Assembly: GCA_032718475.1 (NCBI GenBank)
Contig: JAUCBJ010004931.1
Span: 1-64,000, forward strand
DNA length: 64,000 nucleotides
Direction of reading: 5' to 3'
Source: Nemertoderma westbladi
Lineage: Eukaryota; Animalia; Xenacoelomorpha
Part shown: piece after piece, positions 14,055 to 24,003 of the stretch
Numbering within the stretch: position 1 is the first letter of the stretch
How the letters are laid out: each line of letters begins with the position of its first letter
Program-made: the position numbers and the translations under genes
The notes under the pieces: generated by a model
Seen by the model: only the letters and a program-made list of their open reading frames with translations
Database searches by the model: none
Told to the model about the DNA's origin: nothing

Positions 14055-14815
14055 TGTCTTCGGCCGTTAGGCCAGGGAAAACATTACGCACAAAGTCTGA
14101 CGACTTGTTTCCAGATAAGTGGGCGTTCATAAAGTATGTCACGCACTAGGGGAGGGGGGGGGGGGTGGGTAGAGCTTTCGTGACATTTTGTGACAGGTGG
14201 TAGGGGGGTGTCGACCTTTGTGACGGTCACGGCGATGTTCTACGGTATGCTTTAATGTTAGAGTGTCTTTGACTAACACATTTGTAGATGAGTGGGAAAC
14301 TTAAACAATAAATTCAATAACATTGAATTTAATCCCTAACATTAACAGGACACCCCTGTCTAGTCTGCCTTTTACATGTACAGTATTGTAGTTTGAAGCT
14401 GCTAAAGTATGTATAGGCTTTTAGTAAGAACTACTTCAGTCAAAATGTTTCACTTTCTATTGTGCTTTCTAACTGTTATTAAATTACTGAAATAAAATAT
14501 TTTTCGTCTGGGGGGGGGGGGGGGGGTTATAAATTTACGAAAATAGGTTTTTGTGACAGAAGGGGGGGGGGGGGGGGTCAAAAAATGGAAAATTTGCGTG
14601 ACATACTTTATGAACGCCACCTAATTTCACCATATTTTTATTCACCAGAGGATACTCCAGTACCCATTAAAGGACGCCCTTGAGAAATGCGTCCTAGCTC
14701 GTCCCTTTAAAGCGTTCGTCCTGAAACGAAAACTCTCCCGACCCCTTTGCGGGGATCGAACCCATGACCTCTGGAGAGATGTTAATTATAGGACTGGATT
14801 AACACTACACAAACT
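14055..14815 (-). mobile_element. tRNA-derived SINE, interrupted by a MITE
   Basis: Minus strand has B-box GGTTCGATCC (about 14753-14762) followed by a body containing TAATGGGTACTGG; similar to the copies at 43180-43520 and 55850-56185. Confidence 0.55.
14119..14621. mobile_element. PIF/Harbinger (Tourist-like) MITE
   Basis: TIR GGCGTTCATAAAGTATGTCACGCA with its reverse complement at the right end; 3-bp TSD TAA. Confidence 0.85.
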
Positions 14816-15158
14816 AAAAGGGCGGGAACAACATAAAAAATGTTAGATTTTTGCTTGATCAAATGTGGCGTCGAATGCTGGACATTGACATTGACATATA
14901 GATTATCTATCATTACTAATATCAATATTAATCATAACAACACATTTTGATGCTAACAAATACAATAGTATTTGTAATTTCTCTGAATGCTATTTTTAAT
15001 GCAACCACGGCGACAATAAACCGAGAGGATCATAGATTCGAGCTGAGTTTCAACAGAGTAAGTGCAATACAAACGACTGCAAGTATTTAAATTTATGCAA
15101 AAAAACCGTAAGTCAACAAAAGACTTGCGGTTTTTTGTCATCAGAATTTAATAAGGAT

Positions 15159-16041
15159 ATCTATGGTGGCACTGAAGGGCCAACAAAGAAATTTTTTTTG
15201 TCTGAAACAAGTCGTGCGCACGACTTGTTACATCAGAAACAAGTCGTGCCCACGACTTGTTTTAGCAAAACAAGTCGTGCGCACGAGTTGTTACATCAGA
15301 AACAAGTCGTGCGCACGACTTGTTACATCAGAAACAACTCGTGCGCACGACTTGTTTTGCTAAAACAAGTCGTGCGCACGACTTGTTACTTCAGAAACAA
15401 CTCGTGCGCACGACTTGTTTTGCTAAAACAACTCGTGCGCACGACTTGTTACATCAGAAACAACTGGTGCGCACGACTTGTTTTGCTAAAACAAGTCGTG
15501 GGCACGACTTGTTACTTCACAAACAACTCGTGCGCACGACTTGTTACATCAGAAACAACTCGTGCGCACGACTTGTTTTGCTAAAACAACTCGTGCGCAC
15601 GACTTGTTTTGCTAAAACAACTCGTGCGCACGAGTTGTTTTCCTAAAACAAGTCGTGCGCACGACTTGTCAGGAGCAGGTTACAGAGACGGGTATTTCTA
15701 ACCAAAACAATAAACTACGTACCACGTACAACACAGCAACAGGCAGACAGGCAGACAAAGCAACTCCCGAAATAAGCACTGAGTACAGGAGTACTATGAC
15801 TGTGGAAGGATGGTATGTTATCTTTTCAAATTTACCGCTAAAAGCCAAAATCAAATAATTCCATGTTTCCATGCTCCAAGTCGTGCGCACGAGTTGTTTC
15901 TGTAGTAACAAGTCGTGCGCACGAGTTGTTTTAGCAAAACAAGTCGTGCGCACGAGTTGTTTCTGATGTAACAAGTCGTGCGCACGACTTGATTTAGCAA
16001 AAAAAAAAATTCGTTGTTGGCCCTTCAGTGCCACCATAGAT
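15159..16041. mobile_element. Non-autonomous foldback DNA element with palindromic subterminal repeats
   Basis: TIR ATCTATGGTGGCACTGAAGGGCCAACAA at both ends; about 20 copies of the palindrome AACAAGTCGTGCGCACGACTTGTT in 32-33-bp units, in opposite polarity on the two arms. Confidence 0.85.
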
Positions 16042-16384
16042 TTCACATCTGGAAATGGTTTTGCGAGATCTGTTGTATGCATTTTCAATAATTACCAGAA
16101 GTAGCTCCGATGAGAGAAAGCTTGTCATTAAACTATTGTTATTAATTCCATTAGTCACCTGAGGTCAACCCACCCTAACCTAACTGTTTAATATGAGAAT
16201 GCCTTCTTAGGTTGTTTCAAGTTATCACTTTCTACCGGTCTGACCATCAAGATGTAAATTTAGACAGAGCCAGATAAGATAATAGCAATTGTCTGGAATA
16301 TGTGATTATTTGACGTTAATTAACGTTAAGGTAATTAAGCGTTAATTATTATAATTATGTTTTTATCACTGTCAGTTGTTTGTA

Positions 16385-16670
16385 ATTTTTTAACGTTAAA
16401 CATACAATATATTTTGACGATCCAAACTGATTGTCAGTAATATGTCATTTTTTAACGTTAATCATACAATATATTTTGACGATCCAAACTGATTGTCAGT
16501 AATATGTCATTTTTTAACGTTAAACATACAATATATTTTGACGATCCAAACTGATTGTCAGTAATGTCATTTTTTAACGTTAAACATACAATATATTTTG
16601 ACGATCCAAACTGATTGTCAGTAATATGTCATTTTTTAACGTTAAACATACAATATATTTTGACGATCAA
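16385..16670. repeat. 60-62-bp subterminal tandem repeat (about 5 copies) of the EnSpm-like element
   Basis: Unit TTTTTAACGTTAAACATACAATATATTTTGACGATCCAAACTGATTGTCAGTAATATGTCA repeated. Confidence 0.9.
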
Positions 16671-17329
16671 AATACCTACCGTTTAAAATTAACGTTAATT
16701 TGCGTTAATTTTTAACGTTAAAAGGGCGGCCAAACTAACGTTATTTATATGTATTATTAACGTTAATAATTAACGTTGGCATTGTCAGAAAATAACGTAT
16801 ATTAATGCATTATTAACGTTAAATTGTTTGCAGGGAAGTGAATTAAAAATTTTGTGTTCAAACTGAAAATTGCTGGTTACTTGGTTTTTTAATTTTTTTG
16901 CCTATTTTTTTATGATTGTATATCGATCGCATTCCTCTTCAACCAACTCTGTCGTCATAGTTTGGGAACAATATACAGTATAATGAATTCCTCATGATTC
17001 TGACTGAATCAGGATGGTCCTTTAGAAATTAAAACAGATTGATTAAGTTAAATAAGTAATCCATTTCTTAGTATCAATAAATAACAGATATGGGGGGGAG
17101 GGGGTGGACTCTGGACGCAATCAAAATTCATCCTCATATAACCGGTTTTATTGAATTTAGTTTATTGTTTTTGGTTAGAATATCATTCCACTGTAACCTG
17201 CTCCTTTCCATAAATTTATATTGAGACGAAGTATTAATACGGTACAAAACTAATATAGAAATATCACACTGTGCCCCAAAAATACACATGGTCTTAAGGT
17301 TTCTAATCAGGAAATCCAATTGCAATGTT

Positions 17330-18298
17330 GTAAGTGATGGAACACAACCCAATAATGGCCTGTAGTTCCAGGCAGAGGCTGCGATTTAGTTTTTTCCTCA
17401 ACTAATAATTTAAACTCCGAAATGCTTGCAGCAGATGCCGTTGATATCTTTTGTCTCTTAAGTAAATGAGTTATAGGAATGGCAGATTTAATCGCTTTGA
17501 GTTTCAACATTTTTGAGGCACCCCAATAGGACTTCATCTCTGTACAATATGCGCCTTTTCCTCGGACCGACATAACAGCCAAAACAGTAGGGCGATACAG
17601 TGTTTACAGCCCCCTGCGCAGCCAATACAATCCATGCATGTTATTGCAACAATCTCGCTAGTTTCTTCATTCATTTTGAGTGATACCTGGTACGGTTTCT
17701 CACGAATGCGATGTTCCGCCGTGATGTTGCAATGTATTAAAAATTGCGGAGAATCTCTCTTTATCTGAATGCGTCCAATGGCATCCTTGGCATGCAATGT
17801 ACTCGAAGACCTAAAGCAGTTTAAAAAATTAAAGAACAAATTAAAAATATATATCCTACCCTGCCCTATCTGCCGTGCAAATATAATTTTTAAATAATAT
17901 ACCATTCTGCCGGTTGAGTTATAGTTCATATCCGTACCTGTGGTATATTCGTATTGCAAAAATAAAATTGTAACCTATGTTATTGAGTTATCGTTTATTG
18001 TTTTGGTTAGAAAAGCCCGTCACTGTAACCTGCTCCTTGCCTTTAATTAAGAAATATCTAGTTTTGTTTATTGATTTGTTTAGAAAAAACCGCCACTGTA
18101 ACCTGCTCCGTTTGCCACAGATACGCAAATGAACGATAACCGCCAGTAGGCTTTAAATAAAAAATTACCAAATTAATGCTTATCGTTTTAATATTTCTAA
18201 ATTCAGGGCTGTCATACCGGTCCAGTCAACACGTAATGTACGATGCTGCCATAATTGATCTCTGGTAAATTACGACTGTCGGATTTTGTATATCCCAT
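17330..18298 (-). pseudogene. Degenerate intron-containing SWIM zinc-finger gene of the type found N-terminal to YqaJ/lambda-exonuclease in DNA transposons (ISL2EU- or Kolobok-type accessory ORF)
   Basis: Exon 1 MGYTKSDSRNLPEIN...SPEFRNIK, then GT intron. Exon 2 DAIGRIQIKRD...ITAEHRIREKPYQV...CMDCIGCAGGCKHCIALLFWL (CxxC...CxH SWIM-like), frameshift to CTEMKSYW. Confidence 0.65.
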
Positions 18299-18865
18299 AA
18301 GCGGTAAGGCTATAGTTTTGAGTTCGTGTAAGAGTGGTACAGCAGTACATTTACTCAACTTGCTCTAATGAACTTAGTAACAATACGGCAATGCAATAGA
18401 TGGATAGGCCTGAGTTGCATAGCATAGGCAGATAGGGGGTCAAGCGGTCATCTACCAAGTTTACAAAATTGCAAACAGTATTTTATCAATGTTTATGATC
18501 ATGAATTTTAGTAATTGTTGTCTTAAAAGACGCGCAAGACTCTCAGCTTTCAATTGATATAAGCTATGTTTGAAATGATTGCGATTAAATGTGTATTTAA
18601 ATGGATCTAAAATCACCCTCCAATAAGAAACCAATGTAATAAATTATCTGAGCACTGCGTAATGATGTCAAAACTGTAACAGATCTTCAACATTGGCTTC
18701 CCGGGCTTAATTAAACCCGCCATTTCGAGCCTTTCCACGTGTTTTTAGTGGTTTTACAAAAAACACTCCCTGCCACTCGATTCAGGGCACCTTGTTACCT
18801 CTTATTCCATTGTTTCTAGCCCAAAATTTTTTTCGACCAAACCTATTTTGGAATAAAACTAAAAT

Positions 18866-19392
18866 ACATACTTGTTGCAAAGTACTTTGGGGCCGTCCAA
18901 GTATGACGTCTGCGCTTTTTCCCAAAATGTTGACCCACTCCCTCCCCTAAATCAGATGTCATCAGATAGGCGTTGACGCTCCCCCCCCCCCTCCCCTAAA
19001 TCAGATTAAAAAAAATTTCGCGTCCTAATCACTGAAACATGGTGACTGGTAACTGAAACAGAAGGTCGTGCTACGGGCCTTCGGGGACTTCGAACAATTA
19101 AAATAGGCAAGCTATTTATTTACTCTTCTGCTATATCTCTTCTAGCACCTATAAATGAACATGCTGACGTCAGATTTTGGCTGACCCCCTCCCATCCCCT
19201 CATCAGTACGTCATCAGATTTTCCCAACCCCCCCCCCCCCCCTAAAGTGCTGACGTCATACTTGGACGGCCCCTTTACAGTGTTCTGATCCTCGTGGCTT
19301 TATTTTCACTCACTCACTAACGTTCGTTCATGTAACAAAGCCATCGCATTGATCATCACACTGTAAAGTGCTACTTTACACACAAGTATGTA
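18866..19392. mobile_element. Short palindromic Crypton-like non-autonomous element, split by a MITE
   Basis: Arms TACATACTTG...TTTACAGTG / CACTGTAAAG...CAAGTATGTA fold back on each other once the MITE is removed; centre TCACTCACTCACTAACGTTCGTTCATG. Confidence 0.5.
18889..19273. mobile_element. PIF/Harbinger MITE
   Basis: Perfect TIR GGGGCCGTCCAAGTATGACGTC; 3-bp TSD TTT. Confidence 0.85.
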
Positions 19393-19483
19393 AATAGTTA
19401 TTATTCTTAAATTCTCTCGAATATACCCCAAAATTAAGAGAAAAAGTTCTACTTTTCCCATGTAATAAATAATAATTATTACA

Positions 19484-19995
19484 GGAACCTATGTTTCAGC
19501 TGCTACTTGCCAGAAAAGATGGAAAACAATACGCGATCACAATTTAAAATATACTAGAAAGATAAAGGAGAGATACCATAAACCAGGATTGTATGGCGGA
19601 ACACCACCAACTTTCAAGTTTGCCCAGCAATTGTCATTCCTTGATAAATAATTGGAGCCCCGACCAACATCTTGGAATGTGTCATTGCCGAATGTGTCTT
19701 TTCCATTACATGTGTTGTATAGAGACAATGACAGTGATAATGACAGCACTATTAGTTGCTCAAGTAGTCAAATACCCACTGACCGAATTCCACCTGGGCC
19801 ACCACTTAAGGAGGGGTAAACGCAGTATGGATAACTTCAAGGCTTCAATTTTGGATATTTATAAACAAAAAAACGGCTCGACCAACGATGGCGACTATGC
19901 TTTCGGTCAGATGTTGGTCCATGACCTCGGGAATGTAATGAACACAAGAAAATGAAATTAAAGATGGTTATAATGAACGTCATCTATCAGGCTAC
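19484..19995 (+). pseudogene. MADF (Myb/SANT-like) plus BESS-like protein remnant, Harbinger accessory gene
   Basis: After acceptor TTACAG: ATCQKRWKTIRD...FKFAQQLSFLDK*LEPRPT; downstream DGDYAFGQMLVHDL...KLKMVIMNVIYQA. Internal stops present. Confidence 0.65.
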
Positions 19996-20555
19996 CAGAG
20001 TCGGTCACAGGACCCCGGCCCCTTTGAGAACCAGTTAATCCCGCTTGCAACAAATACAGGATGGCTAACCCTGCAACACTTATTTGATGCATTAACTATA
20101 ACTACTGTATAATGGACTATCTTGTTATCTTGTTCCTTCCGGTAATGTTTCATTATGCAGATTTACTTTTCTTATTTGATGTCAATTAAACAATTCCAAT
20201 TTCAATTTCAATGTACCGGCACCGAATGCCATCATGTACGTGCGTGGGCGAGCGAGACGGGGGTATAACCAGGCGCAACCCCAACTTACGTGTGTGGGGA
20301 GCGAGACGGGGGTATAACCAGGCGCAACCCCAACTTAATACTACAGCAGATGTAGATACAATTGTATGGATGTGAATTGGACGATATTAGGATATGGCTT
20401 ATACTCTGTATTTATGTATTTGAAATGCCAATTAAATACAGTAGTTATCGGTAAATTTTACTACCCATTTAGTACTGTAGTGAGTGTTTTGAATAAAGGT
20501 TTAGATCACCATTAGTTCACTGGAGTCCTACTTTATTCTGAAAATATTTCGGTTT

Positions 20556-20687
20556 ACTTACCGTAAACAAAGTCCAAGCCTCTAATCAACCTTCGAAATG
20601 TATTTTCTTACATGCTCGGATGGAGAAATGTGGGGCTCCAGTAATACATCCAGTTGGTCAAATTGGGCGCAGGTAACTCTACTCCGC
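20556..20687 (-). pseudogene. Harbinger (HARBI1-like) transposase exon fragment
   Basis: RVTCAQFDQLDVLLEPHISPSEHVRKYISKVD*RLGLCLR followed by a GTAAGT donor; resembles the FRM...FD.L...I...R..IS...RL...LR motif. Confidence 0.5.
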
Positions 20688-22932
20688 TTTATTGTGGCCA
20701 AGGTAAGACTTAGTCTGCGTGCTAGCAGAACAACGAAATCTGCCTTGCCGCGGCATGACTGGTCCTCTCTGTTGTAACAGCCAAGTGTGAGATCCAGCTT
20801 CACACTACAGCTGAGCAACAGGTATGAGGTTCTTGCCTCTGAGGCGGCAGATCACTGTGAGGGCTATACTGCCTTCACAGAGGCAGTTAAGTTAGCAGCT
20901 GCAGAAACAGTTCCTGTATACCCTCGAAACAGGAAACGGGCCCCCTGGACTGACAACAAAATTCAGAAGTGCCGAAATGACCTCTACAAGGCGCAGAAAG
21001 AGTCCCGACTCAAACAGACTACAGCGGCCAAGAATGCAGTTAAGGCTGCATCTAAGTCCCTGAACAGGCAGTACTCTGTTAATCTACAGGAGCTAATAAA
21101 CCAACAGGTTCATGCCATCAATGATGCTGACGACAGCAGGCAATCATCCCAGGCATGGAGATCGATCAACTTGCTTGCTGGTCGAAAAAGCCAACCAACC
21201 ACCAAGGTTAAGGCTGAATCACCAGCCGATCGCCTCAATGGTTGGAAGGTCCACTTTGAAAAGCTCCTCAATAATGACAGGGTATTGCCTGATAACTTTA
21301 TAGAAGTAAAAGTGTCGGAGTCTGTACTCCCAGATATTCCCATTGGTGATATCTCCTTTGCAGAAGTGAAGGCTGCTGCAAAGAGCATTAAGACCAATCG
21401 TGCCAGTGAAGTAGATGGTATTCCCCCTGAGGTCTTTAAAATACCTGAGTGTTTAAAGCTCATCTATCCCATCATAGTAGACATGTACCGTACAACAAGA
21501 ATCCCACAAGAAATGAAAACAAATAAGTTGGTGCCAGTTCCCAAGAAGGGCAACCTAACACTCTATGGTTCTTTTCGGGGAATCTCATTGATCTCGATTG
21601 CTGCAAAGCTATACAATAGAATTCTATTAAATCGCATCAGGGATCCCATTGAGAGACTGCTCCGTGGAAATCAGAATGGGTTCCGTAAAGGTCGTGGTAC
21701 CATGGAGCCCATTTTGGCACTTAGAAGGATAATTGAAGAGTTATCAAAAATGAAAGACAGGCATATGGCTGTTATCTTTGTTGACTTCTTCAAGGCCTTT
21801 GATTCAGTCTCTCGCTCACGTATGTTCATCATACTTTCATTATATGGGATTACTGATGAAATTATTGCAGCAATCAGATCAGTATACGATGGTTCGACAA
21901 CATTTGTGTCTACTGTTGACGGTGACACAGAACCATTTGAAGTGTTATGGGGCGTCCTCCCCCACCTTGCACCATTCTTGTTCATAATTGTTGTTGACTA
22001 TGTTCTACGCATGTCCTTAGATCATCATAATGATGATGGGGTGATGATAACTCCACCTACTGGCTCCAGATGTCGAGGAAATCCTGCCAAGTACCTAACT
22101 AATCTAGTCTTTGCTGATGACTTAGGAGTACTCTCAGAATTACTAGAGGGAGCCCAACGGCTCCTCAGCTCATTAGAACATGCTGCTTCTAGTGTTGGTC
22201 TTTTTATTAACCTCAGAAAGACCAAAATTTTGACAGTTAACTTTGAAAGTCCTCAGCAAGTCTCTGATCAGATGAGCATAAGCTCAAAAGATGGTATGCT
22301 TGAGCATGTGGATGACTTCTGTTACCTGGGATCATGGATCCGGAAATCAGGTGAGGACCTTCGAATACGTAAGGGAAAGGCATGGGCAGCCTTGAATAGG
22401 CTTTCCAGGATTTGGAAGTCACCGAGAATTAATCGGAAACTTAAGGTCCGATTATTTAGAGCAGCAGTAGTTCCAGTACTCCTCTATGGGAGTCCATGCT
22501 GGGCTCTAATTGCTAAGGAAACCAAATCTCTGGATGGCACATTCACAAGAATGCAACGCCGGGTTCATTGTGACAATGAACCCGGCAATGCACACATCTC
22601 CAACCAGACACTATATAACATTGGAGGTGTCTCATTGGTTCCCCCAAGCTTGACACTAGAACAAAATCGCCTCCGCTTTGCAGGACATTGCTTTCGCCGT
22701 GAGGACCAGCCAGTGCATAATCTTGTACTTTGGCAGCATCATGGAGTGAATAAGCATGGTGGACAGCCCATGACTTTCTTGAGACGCATCTTAAAGGACA
22801 CTGGCCTTGAAGATGCGGATGATCTAGCAAATGTCATGGGTGATAGGGAGTTGTGGCGGTGCAATTTTGTCAATAAGCCGGCACAGCATTCTTAAAAAGG
22901 CAGCTGCAATGCAGCATGCCGATCCTAGTAGT
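20685..22932 (+). mobile_element. 5'-truncated RTE-type LINE
   Basis: End of endonuclease region (IVAKVRLSLR), RT ORF, short 3' UTR and TAGTAGT tail. Confidence 0.85.
20787..22895 (+). CDS. LINE reverse transcriptase ORF (702 aa), probably inactive
   Basis: PKKGNL...FRGISL, QNGFRKGR, FVDFFKAFDSV, FADD, YLGS motifs. The QGD motif is lost (GVLPHLAP). Confidence 0.8.
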   Translation: MRSSFTLQLSNRYEVLASEAADHCEGYTAFTEAVKLAAAETVPVYPRNRKRAPWTDNKIQKCRNDLYKAQKESRLKQTTAAKNAVKAASKSLNRQYSVNLQELINQQVHAINDADDSRQSSQAWRSINLLAGRKSQPTTKVKAESPADRLNGWKVHFEKLLNNDRVLPDNFIEVKVSESVLPDIPIGDISFAEVKAAAKSIKTNRASEVDGIPPEVFKIPECLKLIYPIIVDMYRTTRIPQEMKTNKLVPVPKKGNLTLYGSFRGISLISIAAKLYNRILLNRIRDPIERLLRGNQNGFRKGRGTMEPILALRRIIEELSKMKDRHMAVIFVDFFKAFDSVSRSRMFIILSLYGITDEIIAAIRSVYDGSTTFVSTVDGDTEPFEVLWGVLPHLAPFLFIIVVDYVLRMSLDHHNDDGVMITPPTGSRCRGNPAKYLTNLVFADDLGVLSELLEGAQRLLSSLEHAASSVGLFINLRKTKILTVNFESPQQVSDQMSISSKDGMLEHVDDFCYLGSWIRKSGEDLRIRKGKAWAALNRLSRIWKSPRINRKLKVRLFRAAVVPVLLYGSPCWALIAKETKSLDGTFTRMQRRVHCDNEPGNAHISNQTLYNIGGVSLVPPSLTLEQNRLRFAGHCFRREDQPVHNLVLWQHHGVNKHGGQPMTFLRRILKDTGLEDADDLANVMGDRELWRCNFVNKPAQHS

Positions 22933-24003
22933 CACCCCACCACCTAGCACATGCATCACCTTCTTGGTTTTAACGGGTTAGTGTAACCTGTCAAACTGTG
23001 CCTATCCATTTAAACAATCGGTCTACCAAGGCAGTGAATGCTGTACAGGTATCACAGGTACTATCGAGAGTCCAACACAGTATATGTTGGCTGTGGGAAT
23101 GCGTCAGGGGTACTTCCAGGACCCAGTTGGTGAAAGAAGCGCGGTATTCTGGTATTGTATGTAGTACAGAGACGTTATATTAGGTACCCTAGATGATGAC
23201 ACCATCGGTCTTTGTTTGCCGGGCTTTTCACCTGCCAATTCTGGTAATTCTCCTCCCGTAGCAAGTGGTAGAGAATCCTGGCATCACCATGGCTCGTTTC
23301 CACGTTTACTTCTACTACTACAGGATAATCAACCTGTGCATTTAAATTACTCTGCTAGCATAACAACAAATTTATCAGCATGTTGTATTGCATTAAGAAT
23401 GCTAAGCCGGATATCGACAAAATTGCACCGCCACAGCATCATCTGCATCTGTAAGGCCAGTGACCTTTAATAAAATCGAGTAAGAAAAGCAGCCAAACAT
23501 AGGATTTGAAGTTCTCCTATAATAATCTATAACCCCAGTAGTGGCCCAAGTGCAGTGAGCATTAAGAATGCTAAGCAGGCTTAGCATTATTAATGCACAA
23601 TAAGCATCACCAACTCAAATAGCTTAATTCTCAGAAACAACAATACTATTGCCCCCAGTAAGATTATATTAATGATAAAGGGGGAATTGGTATGTTCAAA
23701 AATGTAGTATGCCGCCATATTGCTAAGTTCACATATTGTTTTACAGGTACCACCAATAATGGGAGATGAATTAATGGTTAACTGAAAAATCACAATAGTG
23801 TTTATAGTTCTGAGTATATGTGTTTATGTGTTTATGGTTGAATCTGAGTTGTATTAAAATAAAATAAAGGAAAAGAATTATAGAAATTAATATTTTTATT
23901 TGCAATATGTAATATGTATCATTGAAAACATTTCACAAATCCTCTATACCGCATTCGAAAGTCATTGCAGCATTAATGAGAGTACATATTCAATTACAGG
24001 TGA

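Larger units (their letters stand above)
11732..16835. mobile_element. Non-autonomous EnSpm/CMC-like DNA transposon carrying nested inserts
   Basis: TIRs CCCTGCAAAC / GTTTGCAGGG, 2-bp TSD AA on both sides, and dense AACGTT subterminal repeats at both ends. Confidence 0.7.

Noticed and set aside
14735-14815. tRNA gene on the minus strand
   Set aside because: It has a B box but no convincing cloverleaf, and it continues into a SINE body with diverged copies elsewhere.
15200-15990. CRISPR-like palindromic repeats
   Set aside because: Linkers are only 7-9 bp and recurrent, the array is enclosed by TIRs, there are no cas genes and the context is eukaryotic.
18690-18714. Right TIR of the element starting at 10796
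   Set aside because: Only CCGGGCTTAAT matches; the terminal AGGG is missing, so the pairing is unsupported.
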